A DNA stretch of 64,000 bases from Caulobacter sp. KR2-114 (GTDB lineage Bacteria; Pseudomonadota; Alphaproteobacteria; Caulobacterales; Caulobacteraceae): assembly GCF_049446115.1 (NCBI RefSeq), contig NZ_JBMSEC010000004.1:66954-130953 (forward strand), in the 5' to 3' direction. Position 1 is the stretch's first letter. Every line of letters starts with the position of its first letter. Both the position numbers and the translations under genes were made by a program. The notes below the pieces were generated by a model, which had not been told where the DNA came from, made no database searches, and worked only from the letters and a program-made list of their open reading frames with translations. Positions 1 through 7,976 of this stretch are shown in pieces.

Positions 1-598
1 GCATGCCGTACTTCTTGGCCAGGTCCTCGAGCGGATTCTGGGTCTGCTTGCGGATCGCCAGCAGCTTGCGCTCGAAGGCGTCCTGGTCGCGGGTCTCCGG
101 TCCGCGGGCGACGATCGCCTGGCGGATCACCGGCATGTCCTCCAGCACGGCCTTGCCCAGGCCGTCGGTGTCCACCGGCACGTCGCGCCAGCCGACCAGC
201 ACCTGGCCCTCGACGCGGACGAAGTGCTCGAACTGGCTGACCGCCAGCGCGCGGGTGTCCTCGTCGCGCGGCAGGAAGCACATGGCCACGGCGTAGTCGC
301 CCGGCGCAGGCAGCTGGGCGCCTTCAACCCGGGCCCATTCGCGGATCAGTGGATCGGGGATCTGGATCAGGATGCCGGCGCCGTCACCCACCAGCGGGTC
401 GGCGCCCACGGCGCCGCGGTGATCCAGATTGACCAGGATCTCGAGGCCGCAGGCGACGACCTCATGGGATTTTTTCCCCTTGATATTGGCCACAAAACCA
501 ACGCCGCACGCGTCATGTTCATGGCGCGGGTCATAAAGCCCCTGCGGTGGCGGAAGATCGAGCAAATTATACCCCACAAACCCGTCCGGGACCCTCAC
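1..598 (-). CDS. gltB: Glutamate synthase large subunit, N-terminal part (gene continues beyond window start)
   Basis: The reverse-strand translation of 1..598 reads ...GLYDPRHEHDACGVGFVANIKGKKSHEVVACGLEILVNLDHRGAVGADPLVGDGAGILIQIPD..., the hallmark N-terminal class-II amidotransferase domain of GltB (Cys after the propeptide). The frame stays open to the window edge. Start is uncertain: GTG at 598 or TTG near 709. The ORF track missed it because it has no ATG start. Confidence 0.8.
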   Translation of the reverse strand, partial: MRVPDGFVGYNLLDLPPPQGLYDPRHEHDACGVGFVANIKGKKSHEVVACGLEILVNLDHRGAVGADPLVGDGAGILIQIPDPLIREWARVEGAQLPAPGDYAVAMCFLPRDEDTRALAVSQFEHFVRVEGQVLVGWRDVPVDTDGLGKAVLEDMPVIRQAIVARGPETRDQDAFERKLLAIRKQTQNPLEDLAKKYGM

Positions 599-902
599 TT
601 TTGGAAGGGTCGTTCGCGGCGCTATTACAAGGGAAGGTCCGGCCCTGTCGACTGGGCGCCGATCAAAGTCGCGTTTGCCGGGCCGTTCTGACGCCGAATC
701 GACCGGCAATCGCGCAGTTCTGATCGTCTAAGCCCCGGAAATTTCAGGGCGAGTGCGGCGGTGTCGCAAACGCTTGCGGAGGATTCCCGCCGGCCGCGAG
801 CCGCTCGCGCGGCAGGCGGTCCCGCAAAGGCGATTGCAAGCTTGACGACGCAGTAAGTTAGGGTCGACAGTCCTGCAAAATTCAACACAGGGGGAGCGTT
901 CC

Positions 903-1850
903 GTGAGGAAGTACGCAGTATTGACGGCTGCGGCCAGCGTCGTGGCCGTGGCTTTTCTTAGCGGGTGCAGCAAACCAGCAGAGACAAGCGCCCTATCGCC
1001 GGACACCAAGAAGGCCGTCGACGCCCTGACCGCCAACGAAGTCGACTTCGCCGCCGCCGCCAAGGCGAAGGACGTCGAGAAGATGGTCAGCCACTACACA
1101 GCCAGCGGCGAGCTGCTGGCCCCCGGGCAGACCCCGTCGAAGAACACCGACGTGCTGCGCTACGTCTGGCGGCAGATGATGGCCGACCCGGCCTTCGCCC
1201 TGGACTTCAAGGCCAGCCGCATCGAGGTCGCGGCTTCCAACGACTTCGCCTATTCGACGGGGACCTACACCCTCACGTCGACCGATCCGAAGACCAAGGC
1301 GCCGGCCACCCACAGCGGCGGCTACGTCACCGTCTACAAGAAGGTGGCCAACGGCTCGTGGAAGGCGATGGAGGACATCGTCACCACCGCCTCCGCCCCC
1401 GCCGCGCCGGCCAGCCCGCAGGTGGTCACCAACCCGCCGCCCAAGGCCGCGCCGGACACCGCCGCAGACGAGGCCGCGATCCGGGCCCAGGAGACCCAGT
1501 GGGCCGCGGACTGGAAGGCCAAGGATGCGACCAAGCTGGCGGCGCATTACGACGCCGCCGCGACGGTGCTGCAGCCGGCGACCCCGGCCATGACCGGCTC
1601 GGCCGCCATCGGCGCCGGCCTGGCCGAGGTGGCGAAGGACCCGGCGATCAAGGTGGAGTTCTCGCCCGACAGCGTCACTGTCGCCCCGTCGGGCGACATC
1701 GCCTTCTCGCGCGGCAAGTTCACCCAGACGGCCACCGACCCGAAGACCAGGAAGCCGGCGACCATCCACGGCGCCTACGTCACGGTCTACCGCAAGCAGG
1801 CCGACGGCAACTGGAAGGCCGTGGCCGACGCGGCGTCCGAGGAGCCGTAG
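903..1850 (+). CDS. Lipoprotein with two tandem SnoaL-like/DUF4440 (NTF2-fold) domains
   Basis: Signal peptide plus lipobox LSGC. Two internally homologous halves (…TYTLTSTDPKTKAPATHSGGYVTVYKKVANGSWKAMEDI… vs …KFTQTATDPKTRKPATIHGAYVTVYRKQADGNWKAVADA…). The gene is preceded by GGGGGAG at 890-896. Confidence 0.75.
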   Translation: MRKYAVLTAAASVVAVAFLSGCSKPAETSALSPDTKKAVDALTANEVDFAAAAKAKDVEKMVSHYTASGELLAPGQTPSKNTDVLRYVWRQMMADPAFALDFKASRIEVAASNDFAYSTGTYTLTSTDPKTKAPATHSGGYVTVYKKVANGSWKAMEDIVTTASAPAAPASPQVVTNPPPKAAPDTAADEAAIRAQETQWAADWKAKDATKLAAHYDAAATVLQPATPAMTGSAAIGAGLAEVAKDPAIKVEFSPDSVTVAPSGDIAFSRGKFTQTATDPKTRKPATIHGAYVTVYRKQADGNWKAVADAASEEP

Positions 1851-1892
1851 ACGCGTCTCTCCGCGCGCCTGTGGCCGGTCGTTGCGCACAAC

Positions 1893-2058
1893 CCTTCTCC
1901 CCTTGCGGGAGAAGGTGCCCGCCGCAGGCGGACGGATGAGGGGTTGATGATCCTGCGAGACTAGCCTGCACACGCTGGCGCGGCGCCAACCGGCGATGCC
2001 GCACCAACCCCTCATCCGTCTTGCTGCGCAAGACACCTTCTCCCGCAAGGGGAGAAGG
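1893..2058. repeat. Large imperfect palindromic intergenic element (arms 1893-1946 and 2005-2058)
   Basis: The arms are reverse-complementary over the outer ~24 nt and inner ~16 nt (ccttctccccttgcgggagaagg…gatgaggggttg / caacccctcatc…ccttctcccgcaaggggagaagg). Each arm holds its own small palindromes (ttctcccc-ttgc-gggagaa). Confidence 0.7.
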
Positions 2059-2216
2059 ACAGACGGTTCGCTGCGTTGGGCGTCGCCGGGGATGACGCCA
2101 TCATGCATCCGGGCCTAGAGTGTGGCCCGACCGCAATTTCAGCGGCCGGGCCCGTCTCCTGTCGGGCCCTTCCAATTTCGAAGCCCGCCCCAAGGCGGCC
2201 TGGAAGGAACGCATTC

Positions 2217-3455
2217 ATGGAACTGGCGCCGAAGAAGACCGGCCTCTCCGTCGCGCGGCTTGAGCGCATCACCGAGCACCTGGACCGAAACTACATCGGC
2301 CCCGGCAAGATCGCCGGCGCCCAGGTGGCCGTCGCCCGCCGCGGCCATCTCGCCTATTCCCGCTCGTTCGGCCAGATGGACCGCGAGCGCGGCAAGGCGA
2401 TGACCGACGACGCCATCTTCCGCATCTACTCGATGACCAAGCCGATCACCTCGGTGGCGCTGATGAGCCTCTACGAGCGCGGCCATTTCCAGCTCAACGA
2501 CCCGGTCAGCCGCTTCTTTCCGTCGTGGAAGGGCCAGCGGGTGTGGGTGTCCGGCTCGGGCGCCGACATGAAGACCGAGGCGGCCGTGCGCGCGCCGACC
2601 ATGCGCGACATGCTGTGCCACACGGGCGGCCTGACCTACGGCGCGGCCCTGGTGGCGCTGGGGGCGCCGGATGAGGGGCATCCGGTGGACAAGGTCTATG
2701 CCGAGGTCGGCGTGCGCCGCGGTCGCGGCGAGACGCTGATGGAGTTCATGGACAAGCTGGGCCAGGTGCCGCTGCGCTACCAGCCGGGCGAGCGCTGGAT
2801 GTACTCGCTGTCCACCGACGTCTGCGGCGCCCTGGTCGAGCGGATCAGCGGCAAGCGCTTCGACAGGTATCTGCAGGAGACCATCTTCGACCCGCTGGGG
2901 ATGAAGGACACCGCGTTCAACGTCACCGACGACAAGCTGGACCGGTTCTGCGCCAACTACCGCCGCGGCGCCGACAAGTCGCTGCAGCTGATCGACGATC
3001 CGCAGACCAGCGAGTACCGCAAGGAGCCCAGCTTCTTCTCCGGCGGCGGCGGCCTGACCGGGACCACCGAGGACTATCTGAAGTTCTGCGAGATGCTGCG
3101 CCGGGGCGGCGAGCTGGAGGGCGCGCGCATCCTCGGCCCGCGCACCATCGAGCTGATGAAGCGCAACCACCTGAAGGACGGCCGCGACCTGACGGAGATG
3201 GCCATCGGCGGCTTCTCCGAGACGGCGAACGAAGGCGTCGGCTTCGGCCTGGGCTTCGCCAGCACGCTGGACGAGGTGAAGAACGGCGGCCTCGGGGCCG
3301 GCGACTTCTACTGGGGCGGCGCCGCCTCGACCATCTTCTGGGTCGACCAGAAGGAAGACCTGAGCGTGGTGTTCATGACCCAGCTGATGCCGTCGGGGGC
3401 GTTCAACTTCCGCGGCCAGCTGAAGAGCATCATCTATTCGTCCATCGTCGACTAG
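2217..3455 (+). CDS. Serine hydrolase, beta-lactamase/esterase (class C-like) family
   Basis: S-x-x-K motif (YSMTKPITS) and beta-lactamase-like fold signatures. ATG at 2217 (MELAPKK…) is preferred over the upstream in-frame ATG at 2076. Confidence 0.8.
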   Translation: MELAPKKTGLSVARLERITEHLDRNYIGPGKIAGAQVAVARRGHLAYSRSFGQMDRERGKAMTDDAIFRIYSMTKPITSVALMSLYERGHFQLNDPVSRFFPSWKGQRVWVSGSGADMKTEAAVRAPTMRDMLCHTGGLTYGAALVALGAPDEGHPVDKVYAEVGVRRGRGETLMEFMDKLGQVPLRYQPGERWMYSLSTDVCGALVERISGKRFDRYLQETIFDPLGMKDTAFNVTDDKLDRFCANYRRGADKSLQLIDDPQTSEYRKEPSFFSGGGGLTGTTEDYLKFCEMLRRGGELEGARILGPRTIELMKRNHLKDGRDLTEMAIGGFSETANEGVGFGLGFASTLDEVKNGGLGAGDFYWGGAASTIFWVDQKEDLSVVFMTQLMPSGAFNFRGQLKSIIYSSIVD

Positions 3456-3509
3456 AGTCCCTGCCCTCCCGGCCCCGTCGCCGGGAGGGACGCCGTCCCG
3501 AAAGACGCC

Positions 3510-4370
3510 ATGACCGAAGCCACCGCCGCCGCCAACGCCGATCAGGCCGCCTATTGGAACCAGCAGGCGGGGCCGACTTGGGCCGCGATGCAGGAGATCA
3601 TGGACTGGCAGCTGGCGCCGCTGAGCCGCGCCGCCATCGACGCCCTGGCGCCCCGCGAGGGCGAGCACATCCTGGACATTGGCTGCGGCGCCGGAGCAAC
3701 CAGCCTGGACCTGGCCTGGCGCATCGACCCGGAAGGTTCGGTGCTGGGCGTCGACATCGCCGAGCCGCTGCTCGCGCTCGCCCGCGCCAGGGCCGACGCG
3801 GCCGGCTATCCGCAGGTGCGGTTCGCCCTGGGCGACGCCCAGACCCACGCCTTCGAGCCGGGCGCCTTCGACGCGGCGTTCTCGCGCTTCGGGGTAATGT
3901 TCTTCGCCGACCCGACCGCCGCCTTCCGCAACATCCGCCGGGCCCTGCGCCCCGGCGGCCGCCTGGCCTTCGTCTGCTGGCGCGCGATGGCGGACAATCC
4001 GCTGATGACCCTGCCGATGCAGGCGGCGGCCCCGGTGCTGGACGCCCCGGCCGCGCCGCCGGCCGATCCGCATGCGCCCGGACCGTTCGCCTTCGCCGAC
4101 GGCGAGCGGGTGCGGCGGATCCTCAGCGAGGCTGGCTTTGCCGACATCGCGGTCACGGCCCATGACGAGCGCATCGGCGCACGGACGCTGGACGACGCCC
4201 TGCAGACCGCCCTTCGGGTCGGCCCGCTGGGCCGGGCCCTGGCCAGCCAGCCGGATCGCCGCGACGCGGCGGTGTCGGCCGTGCGCGAGGCCCTCGCGGC
4301 GCATGCGGGGCCTGACGGCGTGCTGGTGCCCTCGGCCACCTGGATCGTCACCGCGCGGTCTCCCGACTGA
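3510..4370 (+). CDS. Class I SAM-dependent methyltransferase
   Basis: Motif I ILDIGCGAGATS and a typical Methyltransf_11/25 layout. Confidence 0.8.
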   Translation: MTEATAAANADQAAYWNQQAGPTWAAMQEIMDWQLAPLSRAAIDALAPREGEHILDIGCGAGATSLDLAWRIDPEGSVLGVDIAEPLLALARARADAAGYPQVRFALGDAQTHAFEPGAFDAAFSRFGVMFFADPTAAFRNIRRALRPGGRLAFVCWRAMADNPLMTLPMQAAAPVLDAPAAPPADPHAPGPFAFADGERVRRILSEAGFADIAVTAHDERIGARTLDDALQTALRVGPLGRALASQPDRRDAAVSAVREALAAHAGPDGVLVPSATWIVTARSPD

Positions 4371-4549
4371 GACCTTGCGGCAGGCCCGACGCCCCCGGCG
4401 CGGGCGGCGGGCGCCGGCCTTTCGGCCCCTCCCCGTCCTGGGTGCAGAAATCTGCGCCTTACGGAAAACTCCGTTCGCACAAACCCGCTTTCGCGTGGTC
4501 AAGCTACGCCACAAGCGAAACTGATTCGGGTTGGAGGCGACCATCCCAG

Positions 4550-5251
4550 ATGCGGACCATCGCGGTGATCGCCCGCAAAGGCGGGTCCGGGAAGACCACC
4601 GTGGCGACGCACCTGTCGCTGGCCGCACACCTGCGCGGCTATCGCACCCTGGTCGCCGACACCGATCCCCAGCGGTCGTCCGGCGAGGTGCTGCATGTGC
4701 GCCGCGAGAGCGGACCGCAGTACGTCGACACCACCGGCCGAGATCTCTACGGCGTCCAGGCTCAGGCCGTGCGGGCCGGTGTGGAGGCGATGTTCATCGA
4801 CACCGCCGCCGGCGCCGAGGAGGACCTGGCCAGCGCCATCGTGCTGGCCGATCTGTCGCTGCTGGTGCTGCGCCCGACGTTCCTCGACATGGCGGCCTCG
4901 GTGCACACCGTCGACGTGGTCCGACGGCTGCGCAAGCCGGCGATCATCATCGTCAACCAGGCGCCGGTGATGCGCGAGGGCGCCGAAGCCCCCGCCGTGA
5001 AGCGCGCCCTGCAGGCGCTGCAGATCATGCGGCTGCCGGTCGCGCCGGCGCTGCTGCGCTCGCGCGCCGTCTACCAGACCGCGCTGGAGCACGGCCACTC
5101 GGTGGAGGAGCTCGGCGAGAGCGCGGCGGCCCGCGAGGTCGGCGAGCTGTGGGACTTCGTCGAGCGCTTCGCCTTCGGCAAGCGCGCCGAGCCGGCGCCC
5201 GCCCCGCGCGCGGTGACCGGCGACCTGTTCGCCACGGTCGCCGGCGCCTAG
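4550..5251 (+). CDS. ParA/MinD-family ATPase (small, orphan)
   Basis: Deviant Walker A KGGSGKTT near the N-terminus (MRTIAVIARKGGSGKTTVA). About 233 aa. No adjacent parB. Confidence 0.8.
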   Translation: MRTIAVIARKGGSGKTTVATHLSLAAHLRGYRTLVADTDPQRSSGEVLHVRRESGPQYVDTTGRDLYGVQAQAVRAGVEAMFIDTAAGAEEDLASAIVLADLSLLVLRPTFLDMAASVHTVDVVRRLRKPAIIIVNQAPVMREGAEAPAVKRALQALQIMRLPVAPALLRSRAVYQTALEHGHSVEELGESAAAREVGELWDFVERFAFGKRAEPAPAPRAVTGDLFATVAGA

Positions 5252-5283
5252 ACTAGAGCCCTTCCAGGGTCAGAGGGAAGCGG

Positions 5284-6126
5284 TCAGACCCTGACGAACC
5301 GCAGGGTCATCCGGTCGCTCTCGCCGATCGCGTCGTACTTCGAGTGATCGAACGCCGGATTGGCCGGCTGGCCGTTGGGGGCGGACTGGCGTGTGGGCGG
5401 CAGGGTCCAGACGCCGAACGGATGGTCCTTGGTGTCCTTCGGGTTGGCGTTGACCTCCGAGCGGCCATCCAGGCGGAAGCCAGCCATCTTCGCCTGGTCG
5501 ATCACCCAGGCTTCGGAGACGTAGCCGGTTCCGGCCTTGGGGTCGGCGCCATCGGGCGCGCGATGGTCCTCGACCCCCATCAGGCCGCTGGGCTTCAGGG
5601 CGGCGTGGAAGTCGGCGAACGCCTTCTGGATGAAGCCATCGGCCCAGTTGTGCGTCTCGCGCGAGACGATCACCAGGTCGACGGTTCCGGGGGGCGCCAG
5701 CGGGCCCGACACCCGGCCGAACCCCGCTACTGTCACATCGCCATAGACGGCCTTGTCGGCGTACTTCGCCTCGAAGGCGGCGCGTCCCTGCCGCGCGGCG
5801 TCGGACAGCTTGGGATTGGCCAGGTCCGCGCCGGCGGCGATGTAGCGGCCATGGGTGGCGGCCAGGTAGGGCGCCAGGATGTCGGTCCACCAGCCGGTCC
5901 CCGGATTGACGTCGATCACCGTCATGCCCGGCTTCAGGCCCCAGAAGGTCAGGGTCTGGGCCGGATGGCGGAAGGCGTCGCGGGCCCGGTCCGCCGGCTT
6001 GCGGCGCGGATCGTCGATTGCCGCCTGCAGTCGCGGATCGATGGGCTGGGCCAGCACCCGCGGGGCGACGGCCAGGGTTGGCAGCGCAAGGCCGGCGGCG
6101 AGCACGGCGCGGCGGTCGAGCGACAT
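5284..6126 (-). CDS. Predicted periplasmic class I methyltransferase (COG4798-like) with Tat-type signal peptide
   Basis: MSLDRRAVLAAGLALPTLAVAPRVLA resembles a twin-arginine signal. MTase-like VIDVNPGTGWWT motif. RBS GGAGGAACTCCC precedes the ATG at 6126. Confidence 0.65.
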   Translation of the reverse strand: MSLDRRAVLAAGLALPTLAVAPRVLAQPIDPRLQAAIDDPRRKPADRARDAFRHPAQTLTFWGLKPGMTVIDVNPGTGWWTDILAPYLAATHGRYIAAGADLANPKLSDAARQGRAAFEAKYADKAVYGDVTVAGFGRVSGPLAPPGTVDLVIVSRETHNWADGFIQKAFADFHAALKPSGLMGVEDHRAPDGADPKAGTGYVSEAWVIDQAKMAGFRLDGRSEVNANPKDTKDHPFGVWTLPPTRQSAPNGQPANPAFDHSKYDAIGESDRMTLRFVRV

Positions 6127-6218
6127 GGGAGTTCCTCCGGTGGCGTCCTGTCTTTGGTCCAGCTTAGGCAAGGGCTCAGCCAGCGCGCCCCAGAAATTCT
6201 GCACGCCGGCGCAGGGGC

Positions 6219-7937
6219 TCAGCGCGGCGCGTGCAGCGCCCGCTCGGTCTCGCGCACATAGACCCGGTCGAACTCCTTCACGTCGTCGGCCAGGGCGTCG
6301 TACTCCACCAGCGAGGGATGGCGGCGCAGCGACTCATCCTTGCGCGGCGCATCGGTCCAGCGCCAGCCGTCCATGCGCCGCTGGGCGTTCCAGCGGTGAT
6401 GTTCGAGCCGCGCGAGCGCCTCACAGCCCTCTTCGTCCGTGAACAGATGATGGTCATCGCCCAGCAGCGGCATGCCGATCACACCGCGCCAGAGGGTGGG
6501 CGCGATCCCGGCGCTGGCCAGCTTCGCCGGGATGTGGGCCACGGCGTCACGGTTGGCCTGGCGGAAGGTTTCTTCCAGCTCGTCCCAGGGGCGCGCCGAG
6601 GTGTTCTTCGGGTCGTCGCGCACCTCCGGCGCCAGCGCGGCCCGGTAGGCGGCGCTGAAGCTGCGCGCCGCGGCGTCCGGCGTGCGCGACAGGAACTCGC
6701 TGGCGGCGAGGATCGCGTCGAGATCGCCGAACGGGGTCAGGGCGTCCAGGCCCCGCGCCTCGCCGTGATGCTCGCCCAGGGCGTTGGCGTCACGCAGACG
6801 CACGAAGATCGGCGCCCGGGCAATGCCCACCGAGCGAAGCATCGACTGCACCATGCCGGCGCTGGCCAGCACCGCCGCGTCCTCGGCCAGGCAGATGTAG
6901 GCCGCGGTCATCGGTCCGCCGGCCTGCACGATGCCGGTCAGGCTGGCGGCGTCCGGCTCGATGGCCTCGCTGGCGACCCGGCCGGCGACGAACACGAACT
7001 CGGCGCACTCGTCGATCTCCGGCGCGCGCAGGCGCATCACCCCTTCCAGGGCCCGGGCCTGGGGGTCGATCACGGTGATGCGCGGCTTTTCCAGATAGGT
7101 GGTGCGACAGTTGACGATCAGGTCGCGGGCGATGGCCTGGCCGGCCTGGCCGAAGCCGACGATCACCGCGTGGATGCGCTGGTGGCCGAAGGCGCGGGCC
7201 AGCAGGAAGGGGGGGTGCGCCTGGTGCAGGGCCCGGGCCGAGATCGCTGCGCGCGACAGCACCCGGGTGCGCGACTGGTTCAGGGTCGCGGCGGCGTCCT
7301 CCGCCAGCCGCGCGTCGCGCATCAGCACGGTGATGAAGGATCTCGGCGCGGCGGCCCTCGCCGCGCGCACCAGGGTCAGGGACAGGGCGTCGTCGGTGTT
7401 GCTGAGCAGCACGTGCTCGGCGTGGCGGCAGTGCTCGTACACCGCGCGGGCGGCGTCCTCCGGCGGCCAGGGCAGGGCGATGGCGCCCATGTTCGAGACG
7501 CCCAGGCTGGGCGCGCCCAGCCAGAGTACGCTGCGCCCCGAGCGGAACGCCTGGTCGAAGGCCTTGGTCGCCAGGGCGCCGGCGCCGATGACCACCACCT
7601 CCTGTTTGAGGAACCGCGCGGCGGCCAGGGCCAGCCGCTCCTGCAGCACCGCGGCCAGCGCCGTGCCGGCGGCGCCGAACACTGCCGCCAGACCCGTCCA
7701 GCGCCCCACCAGAATGCGCCAGTCGTGGGTCGGCGCGCCGCCGCCGTAGACGTCGTTGTAGGCGAACAGGGCGGCCGAGCGGTACAGGGAGTCGGCCACG
7801 GTCGCGCCGGTGTCGATCCAGGCGCGCAGCCCCAGCGCCAGGGTGACCATCACCAGGGTCGGGAGCAGCCACACGGCCCACAGCGAGATCAGGGTGCGCC
7901 GGCGGCCGCCGTGGTCGGTTGGCTTGGCCTCACTCAT
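6219..7937 (-). CDS. Membrane protein: 2 TM helices + two TrkA-N/RCK-like Rossmann domains + C-terminal RyR (ryanodine-receptor) domain
   Basis: Two N-terminal hydrophobic segments. Gly-rich dinucleotide-binding motifs VVVIGAGALATKA and VIVGFGQAGQAIARDL. C-terminus …ARLEHHRWNAQRRMDGWRWTDAPRKDESLRRHPSLVEYDALADDVKEFDRVYV matches the bacterial RyR-domain pattern. Starts 39 nt after the TIR gene stop. Confidence 0.7.
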   Translation of the reverse strand: MSEAKPTDHGGRRRTLISLWAVWLLPTLVMVTLALGLRAWIDTGATVADSLYRSAALFAYNDVYGGGAPTHDWRILVGRWTGLAAVFGAAGTALAAVLQERLALAAARFLKQEVVVIGAGALATKAFDQAFRSGRSVLWLGAPSLGVSNMGAIALPWPPEDAARAVYEHCRHAEHVLLSNTDDALSLTLVRAARAAAPRSFITVLMRDARLAEDAAATLNQSRTRVLSRAAISARALHQAHPPFLLARAFGHQRIHAVIVGFGQAGQAIARDLIVNCRTTYLEKPRITVIDPQARALEGVMRLRAPEIDECAEFVFVAGRVASEAIEPDAASLTGIVQAGGPMTAAYICLAEDAAVLASAGMVQSMLRSVGIARAPIFVRLRDANALGEHHGEARGLDALTPFGDLDAILAASEFLSRTPDAAARSFSAAYRAALAPEVRDDPKNTSARPWDELEETFRQANRDAVAHIPAKLASAGIAPTLWRGVIGMPLLGDDHHLFTDEEGCEALARLEHHRWNAQRRMDGWRWTDAPRKDESLRRHPSLVEYDALADDVKEFDRVYVRETERALHAPR

Positions 7938-7976
7938 CGCCGGACGTTCCGGATGGGCGGCCCATCGCCCCTGCCG

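Noticed and set aside
965-2108. Long ORFs 965..1939 (+, 324 aa) and 993..2108 (-, 371 aa) overlapping the lipoprotein gene
   Set aside because: Gly/Arg/Pro-rich translations typical of off-frame or antisense reading of high-GC coding DNA. The +1-frame lipoprotein has a signal peptide, lipobox and domain homology.
2139-4628. 829-aa minus-strand ORF spanning the beta-lactamase-family and methyltransferase genes
   Set aside because: Antisense artefact (Arg/Gly/Ala-rich, no motifs). It spans two independently supported plus-strand genes and their intergenic gap.
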